A stretch of 38,140 nucleotides of DNA from Acetobacteraceae bacterium (GCA_035701785.1 DASSRN010000602.1:1-38140), one strand, 5' to 3'. Counted from the first letter of the stretch, positions 1 to 8,624 are shown. A program made the numbers and translations. The notes: generated by a model not told the origin, from the letters alone.

Positions 1-282
1 TCGTTCCGAAACTTCACCACCGGCCACAGCCACACGTTCGGCGGCGAGTATGTCGAACTCGTTCCAGGCGAGCGCCTGCGCTACACTGATCGCTTCGATG
101 ATCCCAATCTTTCGGGCGTCATCGAGGTGACGGTGACGCTCAAGGCCGTATCCGTCGGCACCGAGGTAGATATCGTGCAGTCAGGCTTGCCGGACGTCAT
201 ACCGCCGGAAGCGTGCTACCTCGGCTGGCAGCAGTCATTGCGCAACCTGGCGAGGCTGGTGGAGCCCGAGATCAGGCAATAG
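1..282 (+). CDS. SRPBCC / AHSA1-like (activator of Hsp90 ATPase homolog 1-like) protein, C-terminal fragment; 5' end lies outside the window
   Basis: Frame +1 is open from base 1 to TAG 280..282. Hand translation gives ...GGEYVELVPGERLRYTDRFDDPNLSGVIEVTVTLKAVSVGTEVDIVQSGLP...GWQQSLRNLARLVE, typical of the C-terminal half of AHSA1/SRPBCC proteins. GC-rich third codon positions. Confidence 0.75.
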   Translation, partial: SFRNFTTGHSHTFGGEYVELVPGERLRYTDRFDDPNLSGVIEVTVTLKAVSVGTEVDIVQSGLPDVIPPEACYLGWQQSLRNLARLVEPEIRQ

Positions 283-285
283 CGC

Positions 286-1047
286 TCACCCGTCCCACAC
301 CTGGCTGGGCATCGGCAGGTTGGCGAACTCCGCCGGACCCGGCGGGTGGTCGCCTTCGATGCCCGCCATGCCCAGGAGCATGTTCCACTGCCGCACATGC
401 TGGCCAACATGCCAGGTGCTGCGCTCCAGGTATTCGTGCAGCAGTTGCGGGCCGTAGTAGGTCTGCACCGTTTCGCGGGCTGACTTGTCGGGCTTCGCCG
501 CCCACCATGCCCCCAGCCGCTGCCGCACATCCTTGCCATAGGCGACTATGTCGGCGGTGGTCTGCATGCTGTCCGGCGGCCGCGAGGTCAGTCCGCTGTA
601 TTCCAGCGTCGCACCGTCGGCGACTTCGAGGAAGGTCTCGGCGATGCGGAAGATGTGGTGGCCCAGCACGCGGTAGCTGCGCGGACGGTTCGGCACCTCC
701 GTGGCTAGCTTCGTGTCCGGCATCTGCGGGATCATGCGAACTGCGGCGCCAAGGAAGGCGTCGAGCCGCCCGATCAGCTGCCCAGGCGACAGCACCGGAC
801 CGGTCGCCTCGTTGAGCCCGAGGAACTTCACCACATGACCGATGTTCTGCGCGAACACATATTCGTCGCCGCGCGACAGCACGGGGACAGAACGGGCTCC
901 CAGCCGCCTCAGCTCATCGAGCCCCGCGGGGTCTTCCAGCACGTTGATGGATTGGAACTCGATCGCACGGACCGAGAGAAACTCTTTGAGTTTCAAGCAG
1001 CTGGTTCACCCCGGCTGCCAGAACACCTTCAGCGGCACCGTGTCCAT
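286..1047 (-). CDS. Glutaredoxin-like (thioredoxin fold) domain fused to a DinB-family domain. Interrupted by an in-frame TGA at 1006..1008 in the position of the first Cys of CxxC (Sec candidate or nonsense mutation).
   Basis: Track ORFs 286..996 and 1006..1872 (minus) share one frame (1006-286=720). Hand reading from ATG 1045..1047 (GAGGA 6 nt upstream) gives MDTVPLKVFWQPG-TGA-TSCLKLKEFLSVRAIEFQSINVLEDPAGLDELRRLGARSVPVLSRGDEYVF. This is beta1, xTSC, helix, beta2 and cis-Pro VPV of a Grx/NrdH fold. The C-terminal part carries DinB-like His motifs (VLGHHIFRIAE, WHVGQHVRQ). The TTG 'start' at 996 would remove beta1 and the active site. Confidence 0.6.
958..994 (-). promoter_or_regulatory. Two tandem RNA hairpins just 3' of the in-frame UGA (SECIS candidates, unproven)
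   Basis: mRNA sense. Hairpin 1 (genomic 978..994) is GAAACUC-AAA-GAGUUUC: 7 perfect bp, 17 nt long, starting after an 11-nt spacer from the UGA. Hairpin 2 (958..976) is CUCGGUC-CGUGC-GAUCGAG: 7 bp including one G.U, which would be an A.C mismatch on the opposite strand. Confidence 0.3.
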
Positions 1048-1176
1048 CGCCGTTCCTCTGTTACCTGACCGCACCTTCCACCCGCGTGACGCCGGCGTCA
1101 ATCGGCTGGACAGGGTCGCCGCGCCTGGGCGATCATTCGCAGCGGCGTTGGCTCGCGACCCTGCTTTGAGGCGGTG

Positions 1177-4100
1177 ATGGATGTTGCCGAATGGCTGCGC
1201 GCGCTTGACCTGACCCAGTACGCCGCGGCCTTCCACGAGAACTCGATCAGCGCCGATCTGCTGCCGCGCCTGACGGCCGATGATCTGCGCGACCTCGGCG
1301 TGACGTCGGTCGGCCACCGCCGCCGGCTGCTCGATGCGATCGCCGCGCTGCGCGCCGGGGCAGGGGCCGAAAGCCACGCCGGCGCCATCGCCGAGGAAGC
1401 GCAGCGCCGTCCGCCGCCGGGTGCCGAGAGGCGCCAGGTCACCGTGATGTTCTGCGACATGGTGAATTTCACCGCTCTTTCGGCGGAACTGGATCCCGAG
1501 GACCTGAGCGCTGTCATTCGCGGCTATCAGGCGACCGTCGCTGCCACGATCGACCGCTCCGGCGGTTTCATCGCGCGCTATGTCGGCGACGGCGTGCTGA
1601 TCTATTTCGGCTGGCCCGAGGCGCGCGAGGCCGATGCCGAACGGGCGGTGCGCGCCGGACTGGCGGTGGTCCGCGAGATCGGCCAAGCGCCGAGTGGCGG
1701 TGTCCGGGTGGCCCTGCGCATCGGCATTGCCACCGGCCTCGTTGTGATCGGCGAACCGATCGGGGCCGGTGACGCGCGCCAGCAGACTGCAATCGGTGAA
1801 ACCCCCAACCTCGCAGCCCGCCTGCAGGCGCTGGCCGGCGACGACGGCATCGTCATCGACGCCGAGACGCACCGCCAGATCGGCCGGCTGTTCGACTGCA
1901 CCGATCTCGGGCGTCTCACTCTAAAGGGCATTCCTGGCCAGGTGCAGGCCTGGCAGGTGCTGAAGGAGGCGGCGATCGGCAGCCGCTTCGAGGCGCTGCA
2001 CGACAGGAGCCTTTCACCGCTGGTCGGCCGCGACGAGGAGATCGACCTCCTGATGCGGCGATGGGAGCAGGCGAAGGGCGGCAGCGGGCGCGTTGTGCTG
2101 ATCGTCGGCGAGCCGGGCATCGGCAAGTCGCGGCTGGTGGCCGAACTGGAGGCCCGCCTGCGTGACCAGGATCATGCCAGGCTGCGCTACTTCTGCTCGC
2201 CTGACTATTCTGACGCTCCGCTGCACCCGATCGTCCGGCAGATGGCACTGGCGGCCGAACTCGATCGCGCCGACGCGCACGAGGCGAAGTCGCAACGGCT
2301 GCGAGCCTTGCTTGGTGCGGGAACCGAGCGGGCAGATGTGGCCGCACTGGGCGCCCTGCTCGGTGTCGACGAGGCCGGCGGGAAGCGTTCGAGCGCGCGG
2401 CTGCATAAGGAACGCATATTCGCCGCCCTGCTCCGCCAGGCGGAGCGGCTGTGCCGTGAGCGACCACTGCTGGCGCTGGTCGAGGACGTGCACTGGGCGG
2501 ACCCCACCACGCGCGAACTGATCGACCTCGCGGTCACCCGGATGGCGGAGATGCGCGGCCTGCTGGTGCTGACCTTGCGGCCCGAACTTCAGGTGCCGTG
2601 GACCGGCCATGCAGGCGTCACCTCGATCACACTCAGCCGCCTGGATCGGAACGAGAGCACGGCACTCGCCGGGGTGCTGGCGACCGAGGACCTGCCGCCG
2701 GTGCTGCTACAGCGGATCGCCCAACAGGCTGATGGCGTGCCGTTGTTCATCGAGGAACTGACCAAGGACTGGGTCGAGCGCGCCAGGGACCCCGACGCGA
2801 CGCTGCAGACGATCGGCGTGCCGACAACGCTGCAAGGGTCACTGCTGGCGCGGCTCGACCGGCTGCCGGACGCGAAGCAGGTGGCGCAGGTCGGTTCGGT
2901 GATCGGGCGCGAGTTCTCGCACGAACTGATCAGCACTGCCGCGGACCTGCCCGACGACGTTTTCGCCAGCGGGCTCGAACAACTGGTCTCGTCGGGCCTT
3001 GCGCAGCGCCGCGGCGAGCCTCCCGCCGCCATCTATCGTTTCAAGCACGCGCTGGTGCAGCGCGCGGTCTATTCGACGCTACTGCGCGCGAACCGCCAGC
3101 GATTGCATGGACTGGTCGCAGACGCCCTGTCCGCCCAGCCCGACCCGGCACCGCAGATTCTGGCGCACCATCTGACCGAGGCCGGGCGGATGCCGGAGGC
3201 GGTGAAACACTGGTTGCGCGCCGGACAGCGCCTGGCGGGACGCTCGGCGGAGCGGGAAGCGATCAGCCTGTTCCGGCGTGGATTGGCCGCGCTGCTCACG
3301 CTGCCCGAAGGGCGCGATCGCGACCAGCGGGAGCTCGAGTTCAACATGGCCCTCGGGATGCCGCTGGTCACCACGGAAGGCTACGGGACCGACGTCGTCA
3401 GGGCCGTGTACGAACGCATAGCCGAGTTGAGCGAGCGCCTCGGGGATACCAGAAGCCTGCTGATCGCCACCTATGGGACCTTCGTGAGCTGCGTCGCCCA
3501 GGGCGACAATCGGCAAGCCACGGCTATCTCCGAACGCGCGAGCATCCGCTTCGCCAATGCGGGTGAGCCGGTGGGCCGTCTGATCCTGCACCGCATGGCG
3601 GGGTTCGCTGCATTCCAGGCCGGCCGATTCCGCGAGGCGCGGCATCAGCTGGAGGCGGTGCTCGAGCTCTACGATCCGGACGTGCATGCGTCCCTGGCAG
3701 GGACCTGGGGACATGACGCCCGCGTGGCGGCGCTCGACTATCTTAGCCACACCGTCTGGCTGCTGGGCTATCCCGACCAGGCCTGCCACCTGATGGATCA
3801 GGCGTTTGAAGCGGCACGGCAGGTTGCGCATGCGGGCAGCATCGGCCACGCCAGGTATTTCGCCGGGATCCTTTTCGCCGATCTGCGCCGCGATGCGGCC
3901 GCCCTGCGCCACCATCTGGACGCGGCACAGGAGTTCGACCGCGAGTATGCCCGACCAGGGTACAGCGTCTCGTTCTTTCACGGTATGTCCCTGTGTGACC
4001 AGGGGATGCCGGCCGATGGGCTTGCCCTCGCCGAGAGGAGCCTGGCGCAGCCGCCCAACAGCGGTGGCGAGCGGCGCACCTACATCCTGGGGCGGTTGGC

Positions 4101-4515
4101 GGCAGCGTATGCTGCAGCCGAGCAACTCGACCGCGGCTGGCAGACCATCAGCGAGGCGCAGGCCCTGAGCGCACGCAGCGCCGAACGTTCCTGGGATGCC
4201 GAGTTGGAGCGGATCGCCGGCGAGATCCAGCGTGCCAGGACTGGTGGCGGCAGCGCTGAAGCGCATCTCCGGCTTGCCATCGATACCGCGCGTCAGCAAG
4301 GGGCGAAGAGCCTCGAGCTACGCGCCGCCGTCAGTCTCGCGCGTCTGTTGCAGCATCAGGAGCGGCAGGCCGAAGCCCGCCAGCTACTGGCCGTCGCGTA
4401 CGCCGGATTCACAGAAGGTTTCGATACGCCCGATCTGCGCGATGCGAGCGCACTACTCTCGGAACTGGCGGGAGAACCTTACCACCCAGCCCAGCGATCG
4501 GGCGGACCAACCTGA
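1177..4515 (+). CDS. SAM-domain / class III adenylate-guanylate cyclase / STAND-type AAA NTPase / TPR multidomain signalling protein
   Basis: The N-terminus MDVAEWLRALDLTQYAAAFHENSISADLLPRLTADDLRDLGV is SAM-like. Cyclase motifs: VTVMFCDMVNFT, GDGVLIYFG, GETPNLAARLQ. Walker A is VGEPGIGKSRL and Walker B-like is LALVEDVHWADPTT, followed by a long helical TPR-like C-terminus. ATG 1177 (GAGG 5 nt upstream) is preferred over GTG 1174. Confidence 0.9.
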   Translation: MDVAEWLRALDLTQYAAAFHENSISADLLPRLTADDLRDLGVTSVGHRRRLLDAIAALRAGAGAESHAGAIAEEAQRRPPPGAERRQVTVMFCDMVNFTALSAELDPEDLSAVIRGYQATVAATIDRSGGFIARYVGDGVLIYFGWPEAREADAERAVRAGLAVVREIGQAPSGGVRVALRIGIATGLVVIGEPIGAGDARQQTAIGETPNLAARLQALAGDDGIVIDAETHRQIGRLFDCTDLGRLTLKGIPGQVQAWQVLKEAAIGSRFEALHDRSLSPLVGRDEEIDLLMRRWEQAKGGSGRVVLIVGEPGIGKSRLVAELEARLRDQDHARLRYFCSPDYSDAPLHPIVRQMALAAELDRADAHEAKSQRLRALLGAGTERADVAALGALLGVDEAGGKRSSARLHKERIFAALLRQAERLCRERPLLALVEDVHWADPTTRELIDLAVTRMAEMRGLLVLTLRPELQVPWTGHAGVTSITLSRLDRNESTALAGVLATEDLPPVLLQRIAQQADGVPLFIEELTKDWVERARDPDATLQTIGVPTTLQGSLLARLDRLPDAKQVAQVGSVIGREFSHELISTAADLPDDVFASGLEQLVSSGLAQRRGEPPAAIYRFKHALVQRAVYSTLLRANRQRLHGLVADALSAQPDPAPQILAHHLTEAGRMPEAVKHWLRAGQRLAGRSAEREAISLFRRGLAALLTLPEGRDRDQRELEFNMALGMPLVTTEGYGTDVVRAVYERIAELSERLGDTRSLLIATYGTFVSCVAQGDNRQATAISERASIRFANAGEPVGRLILHRMAGFAAFQAGRFREARHQLEAVLELYDPDVHASLAGTWGHDARVAALDYLSHTVWLLGYPDQACHLMDQAFEAARQVAHAGSIGHARYFAGILFADLRRDAAALRHHLDAAQEFDREYARPGYSVSFFHGMSLCDQGMPADGLALAERSLAQPPNSGGERRTYILGRLAAAYAAAEQLDRGWQTISEAQALSARSAERSWDAELERIAGEIQRARTGGGSAEAHLRLAIDTARQQGAKSLELRAAVSLARLLQHQERQAEARQLLAVAYAGFTEGFDTPDLRDASALLSELAGEPYHPAQRSGGPT

Positions 4516-4895
4516 TTGTATGGTTTCTTCCAGGTCTGGCAGATAAAAGGATAGCTCAGCGGACAGCACTCGGCGTTTTCAATCGTGTAGCCGATGAGCG
4601 CCGGAAGAATGCTATTGTAACCCAGGTTGATCTTACAGGTGAAACGATAATTCTGGTAGTAGTATGTGATCCCTGTGCGGCCATATGAATTGAACGGGAC
4701 CGAATATTTCGGCTCGAAGGTCGCCGGGTCATCGAAATGCTGCAGCACGATCGCGATGCGCACACCAAGTGCGTAGAGATCTGCTTCTCCTTTGGCTACG
4801 GGAAAATCCTGCGGCACCGCCTGTTGTGCCCACGCCGTGGCGGACAGCCAAAGCGCTATCGCAGGAATGCTGGCCAGAAGCCTGAACGCGCGCAT
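4479..4895 (-). CDS. Small secreted Cys-containing hypothetical protein (about 138 aa) with a Sec-type signal peptide
   Basis: ATG 4893..4895 is preceded by GGAGG (complement of 4903..4907). The signal peptide is MRAFRLLASIPAIALWLSATAWA|QQ. The mature part holds 4 Cys (FTCK, ECCP, FICQ) and a Tyr-rich beta-like stretch. I recognise no family. I counted 90 G+C in 180 nt across 4561..4740. Confidence 0.55.
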   Translation of the reverse strand: MRAFRLLASIPAIALWLSATAWAQQAVPQDFPVAKGEADLYALGVRIAIVLQHFDDPATFEPKYSVPFNSYGRTGITYYYQNYRFTCKINLGYNSILPALIGYTIENAECCPLSYPFICQTWKKPYNQVGPPDRWAGW

Positions 4896-4918
4896 GAATT
4901 GCCTCCGGGCGTAGCTTA

Positions 4919-5557
4919 TCACGGCATCGCAATGCCCGGCAACGCCAGGCGCGCATGCAACGCCCGCATGATCTCCGCGTGTACCTCCGCTGCATCACCG
5001 TCGGCCGACAGCAGCACGCAGCGTCCTGGTGCTGCGGCGGCAATGTCACGGAAACCCTGTCGCACGCGCGCGTGGAACAGTGCGTCGAGCCGCTCGTAGC
5101 GATCGGCGTCGGTGCCGCGTGCAATCTGGCGCGCCACGGCAACAGTGTCGCTAACGTCCAGCACCAGCGTGACGTCGGGCACGATGGCCAGCATGGCGAC
5201 CAGGCTTGCGATTACGGCGCGGTCGGCACCCTGGCCATAACCCTGGTAGGCGACGGTGGAGTCATAGAACCTGTCGCACACCACCCATAGGCCCGCGGCG
5301 AGCGCCGGGCGAATGGTCTTCTCCACATGCTCGGCACGTGCGGCGAAGTGCAGCAGGGTCTCGGCCGGCGCGGACCAGTCGAACTCCTCCCCCAGCAGCA
5401 GTTCGCGCAACCGTTCGGCACCGGCAGCACCGCCCGGCTCGCGCGTGCGCAGCACCGGAATGCCGAACCCGGTCAGCGCCTCGGCCAGCATACCTGCCTG
5501 AGTCGTCTTGCCGGCGCCTTCGCCGCCTTCCAACGTGATGAAATGGCCTTGCGGCAC
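4919..5557 (-). CDS. tmk: dTMP (thymidylate) kinase
   Basis: GTG start, then PQGHFITLEGGEGAGKTTQ (P-loop), REPGG, and a DRYE-type lid segment. Length of 212 aa is typical. Confidence 0.93.
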   Translation of the reverse strand: MPQGHFITLEGGEGAGKTTQAGMLAEALTGFGIPVLRTREPGGAAGAERLRELLLGEEFDWSAPAETLLHFAARAEHVEKTIRPALAAGLWVVCDRFYDSTVAYQGYGQGADRAVIASLVAMLAIVPDVTLVLDVSDTVAVARQIARGTDADRYERLDALFHARVRQGFRDIAAAAPGRCVLLSADGDAAEVHAEIMRALHARLALPGIAMP

Positions 5558-5564
5558 CCGGCTC

Positions 5565-6782
5565 CTAGCCGCCGGTTACGTAATGCGACAGCACCGCCAT
5601 GGCGCGTCCGGGCAGGCTCAGCTTGGCGACGTCCTCGCCGGCAAGCAGCGACACCTCCATGCCGGGCACGCCCTGGCCTGCCACCACCAGCTTGCCCAAG
5701 GTCGTGCCCTTCTGTACCGGCGCGCGGATCGGCGTGTCGTAGCTGACTTTGACCGAGGCGTTCTTGCGCCAATTGCGCGGCATCGTCACCACAAGGTCGC
5801 GGCCGCCGACCAGCGCCACCGTCGGGCGCGTGCCCAGCCAGACCGGCACCCGTTCGACCACGTCGCCGGCGGAGAACAGCGTCACGTCTTCGAAGTTGGC
5901 GAACGCCCAGTCCATCAGGCGCTCGCCCTCTTCGGCGCGCTGATGCATGGAGTCGAGCCCGTTGAGAACCACAATCACCCGCCGCTCGCCACGCTTGGCG
6001 CTCGCAACCAGGCCATAGCCGCCGGCCTCGGTGTGGCCGGTCTTCAGCCCATCGGCCGTGCCCTTCTGCACCAGGGGATTGCGGTTGCCCTGCTCGATAT
6101 TGTTGTACTTGAAGGTCTTCTCGGCGTCGTAGTGGTAGTACTCCGGGAAGTCGGCGATGATCCGCCGCGCCAGGGTGGCGATGTCGCGACAGCTCATGCG
6201 CTGCTCGGGATCCGGCCAGCCGGTGGAATTGCGGAAGTTCGAACTGGTCAGGCCGAGTTCCTTCGCCTTCTGGTTCATCAGGTCGGCGAACTGCTCTTCC
6301 GACCCGGCGATCGCTTCGGCGAAAACCACGCAGGCGTCGTTGCCCGACTGCACGATGACGCCCCGGATCAGGTCCTCGACCTTCACCTGCGTGCCGACCT
6401 GCACGAACATCTTCGAGCCGCCCATCTTCCAGGCGCGCTCGCTTACCAGCAACTCGTCGTCCAGCCGCAGCTTGCCCTGCTTCAGCCGCTCGTAGACCAG
6501 GTAGATCGTCATCAGCTTGGTCATCGACGACGGCGGCATCTCGGCATCGGCATTCTTCTCGAGCAGCGCCGTGCCGCTGTTGAAATCCTGAATGAACGCC
6601 CAGCGTGCCAGGGTGTCGACCGGACCGAGCGGCGTATCGCCCGGGCTGCCTGCCGGCGCATCCTTCTTGCCGCCACGCGCGGCGGTCTTGGGCGGGGGCG
6701 GATGCTTCGGCTGTGCGGCGGCGGTGAGCGTGCCGCCGGCGAAGATGGCTGATGCCAACAATGCATTCCGGCGGGTGAGCAT
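5565..6782 (-). CDS. Serine-type D-Ala-D-Ala carboxypeptidase (PBP5/6 family)
   Basis: SMTKLMT (SxxK), SGND (SxN) and KTGHT (KTG) motifs. Signal-like N-terminus MLTRRNALLASAIFAGGTLTAAA. ATG 6780..6782 with AGGAG upstream. The longer track start at 6818 would overlap rlpA. Confidence 0.9.
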   Translation of the reverse strand: MLTRRNALLASAIFAGGTLTAAAQPKHPPPPKTAARGGKKDAPAGSPGDTPLGPVDTLARWAFIQDFNSGTALLEKNADAEMPPSSMTKLMTIYLVYERLKQGKLRLDDELLVSERAWKMGGSKMFVQVGTQVKVEDLIRGVIVQSGNDACVVFAEAIAGSEEQFADLMNQKAKELGLTSSNFRNSTGWPDPEQRMSCRDIATLARRIIADFPEYYHYDAEKTFKYNNIEQGNRNPLVQKGTADGLKTGHTEAGGYGLVASAKRGERRVIVVLNGLDSMHQRAEEGERLMDWAFANFEDVTLFSAGDVVERVPVWLGTRPTVALVGGRDLVVTMPRNWRKNASVKVSYDTPIRAPVQKGTTLGKLVVAGQGVPGMEVSLLAGEDVAKLSLPGRAMAVLSHYVTGG

Positions 6783-6795
6783 CGCGACTCGACTC

Positions 6796-7659
6796 CTACT
6801 GCACGACGATCCGCGCATCGGTTACTCCGGAGCGCAGCACCTGGTCCAGCACGTTGTCGGCCTGCTGCACGCTGTCGAGCGGGCCGATGTACACCCGATG
6901 CGTCTGCGTGCGTCCGTTGCGCGTGCTGTCGATCGCCGCGCCAAGTCCGCCGACGCGGCTGCGCTGGATGGCGGCGTATTCATAGGTCTGGAACGTGCCG
7001 AGTTGGATGTAGAGCCGGCCGGGATAGGCGGCGCTCTGCGTCACTGTCTCCGGCAGCCCGGCGATCGTCACGCTGGCGGGTAGCGCCTCGCGCGGCGCCT
7101 CGGTGGTCGGTGCCTGTACCGGCGTTGCTGCCGCGGGCGAGGACAGATCGACCTGCTGCACCACGCCGCGTGGAGCGGCGGCGATAGCGAGCTTCGGCGC
7201 GCCTGGCAGTTGATCGACCGCGGCGTGGCTTTCCGCGGGCAGCACCTCGACGCGGGCGCGCACCGGTGTGCCGGATGGAAACCGCAGCAGCACCGCAACG
7301 CGGTTGGTGACCTCGACCATGCGATGCGGTGTCGCTGGCCCGCGGTCGTTGACGCGCACCACGAGTTGCAGGCCGTTCTCCAGGTTGGTCAGCCGGACGA
7401 TGGCGGGAAGCTGCAAGGTCTGGTGTGCGGCTGTGAGTGCGGACTGGTCGAAGATCTCGCCGTCTGTGGTCAGGTCCGGATGGTCGGACGGGTAGACGAT
7501 GGCGAGGCCGGTCTCCGCGCCGTCGTAGCTCTCACTGGGGTAGTACCAGACGCCGCCTGCCTGATACGGCGAGCCCAGGACGTAGTGTGGTGCGGCCGGC
7601 GGCGGGCGGTGGCACGACGCCACCAGCAGTGTGAAGACGGCGGCGATCGCGCGTTTCAC
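6796..7659 (-). CDS. rlpA: Septal-ring lytic transglycosylase RlpA family lipoprotein (DPBB domain plus C-terminal SPOR domain)
   Basis: Lipobox in MKRAIAAVFTLLVASC. The DPBB-like core is GVWYYPSESYDG...AAHQTLQLPAIVRLTNLENGLQLVVRVNDRGP. The C-terminal SPOR-like segment is LYIQLGTFQTYEYA...YIGPLDSVQQADNVLDQV. The GTG start overlaps the upstream stop as GTGA. Confidence 0.88.
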   Translation of the reverse strand: MKRAIAAVFTLLVASCHRPPPAAPHYVLGSPYQAGGVWYYPSESYDGAETGLAIVYPSDHPDLTTDGEIFDQSALTAAHQTLQLPAIVRLTNLENGLQLVVRVNDRGPATPHRMVEVTNRVAVLLRFPSGTPVRARVEVLPAESHAAVDQLPGAPKLAIAAAPRGVVQQVDLSSPAAATPVQAPTTEAPREALPASVTIAGLPETVTQSAAYPGRLYIQLGTFQTYEYAAIQRSRVGGLGAAIDSTRNGRTQTHRVYIGPLDSVQQADNVLDQVLRSGVTDARIVVQ

Positions 7660-8624
7660 GCGACGAAGCGGTCCCCGAGCAGTCCGACGGCAAGCGCATA
7701 GTAGTCGGACGGATTGTAACGACGGATCGCAGCAAAGTTTGCGTAGACCAGGAACGCCTCGCCGCCGGCGCCGTCCGGCTGCACCACGGCGGCCTGCGTC
7801 GCCGGCGACGCCAGCGGACGACCGTCAACGGACCGCACGCCGAGGCGTAGCCACTCGCTGACCGGGCGGCGGTCGTCGCGTCCACCCGCCGCGCGCTCGA
7901 TCGTAGGGCCCAGCGTCACTTGCTGGCCCCAGCTTTCGCCGGATCGCCAGCCGGATCGGGCGAGGTAGTTGGCGATCGAGCCGAACACGTCGGGCCTGCT
8001 GGTCCAGATGTCACGCCGGCCATGCCCTTCGAAGTCGACAGCGTAGGTCAGGTAGGAGGACGGCATGAACTGCGGCTGCCCCATCGCGCCGGCATAGGAC
8101 CCCAGCATGTGCGCCGGCGTGACGTCGCCGTGGTCCAGGATGCGCAGCGCGGCGATCAGTTCGCCGCGGAAGAAGCTGGTGCGGCGTCCCTCCCAGGCCA
8201 GGGTCGCCAGAGCCTCGACGACGTGGAAGTCGCCCATGCCGGTGCCGAAGTTGGATTCCAGCCCCCAGATGCCGGTGATCACCCCGGGATCGACGCCGTA
8301 GCGGTCGCGCACCCGGCCGAGCAATGCGCTGTTCTGCTGATAGGCGATGCGGCCGTTGGCGATGCGCTGGTCGGACACCAGGCGGGCGCGGTACTCGGCC
8401 CAGGTAAGGGTGAACTCGGGCTGGTGGCGGTCGCGCTCGATCACCTTCGGGTTCGGCTGTACGCCTGCAAACGCATGATCCAGGGTCGCCTGCGCGATCC
8501 CGGAGCGACGGGCCTCGGCTCGGACCCCGAGGAGGAAGTTCTGGAAGCCATCTGGTGCGGCACTGGCTGGCGCTGCGACGACCGCGCTTAGCGAGGTGGC
8601 CAGAAGCGAGCGGCGGTTGAGCAT
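7656..8624 (-). CDS. Lytic murein transglycosylase (MltB / SLT_2-like) with a twin-arginine-type signal
   Basis: MLNRRSLLATSLSAVVAAPASAAP (RR signal), then GIWGLESNFG and AGAMGQPQFMPSSY motifs typical of MltB-like enzymes. Start set at ATG 8622..8624. The 66 extra N-terminal codons in the track ORF run into the AT-rich island and look non-coding. Confidence 0.85.
   Translation of the reverse strand: MLNRRSLLATSLSAVVAAPASAAPDGFQNFLLGVRAEARRSGIAQATLDHAFAGVQPNPKVIERDRHQPEFTLTWAEYRARLVSDQRIANGRIAYQQNSALLGRVRDRYGVDPGVITGIWGLESNFGTGMGDFHVVEALATLAWEGRRTSFFRGELIAALRILDHGDVTPAHMLGSYAGAMGQPQFMPSSYLTYAVDFEGHGRRDIWTSRPDVFGSIANYLARSGWRSGESWGQQVTLGPTIERAAGGRDDRRPVSEWLRLGVRSVDGRPLASPATQAAVVQPDGAGGEAFLVYANFAAIRRYNPSDYYALAVGLLGDRFVA

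Noticed and set aside
978-994. Calling hairpin 1 a bona fide SECIS element
   Set aside because: The geometry (17 nt, 11-nt spacer) fits, but the AAA triloop has none of the G/U loop residues used by characterised SelB proteins. It could equally be coincidental coding-sequence symmetry. It is kept only as a candidate within the Sec finding.
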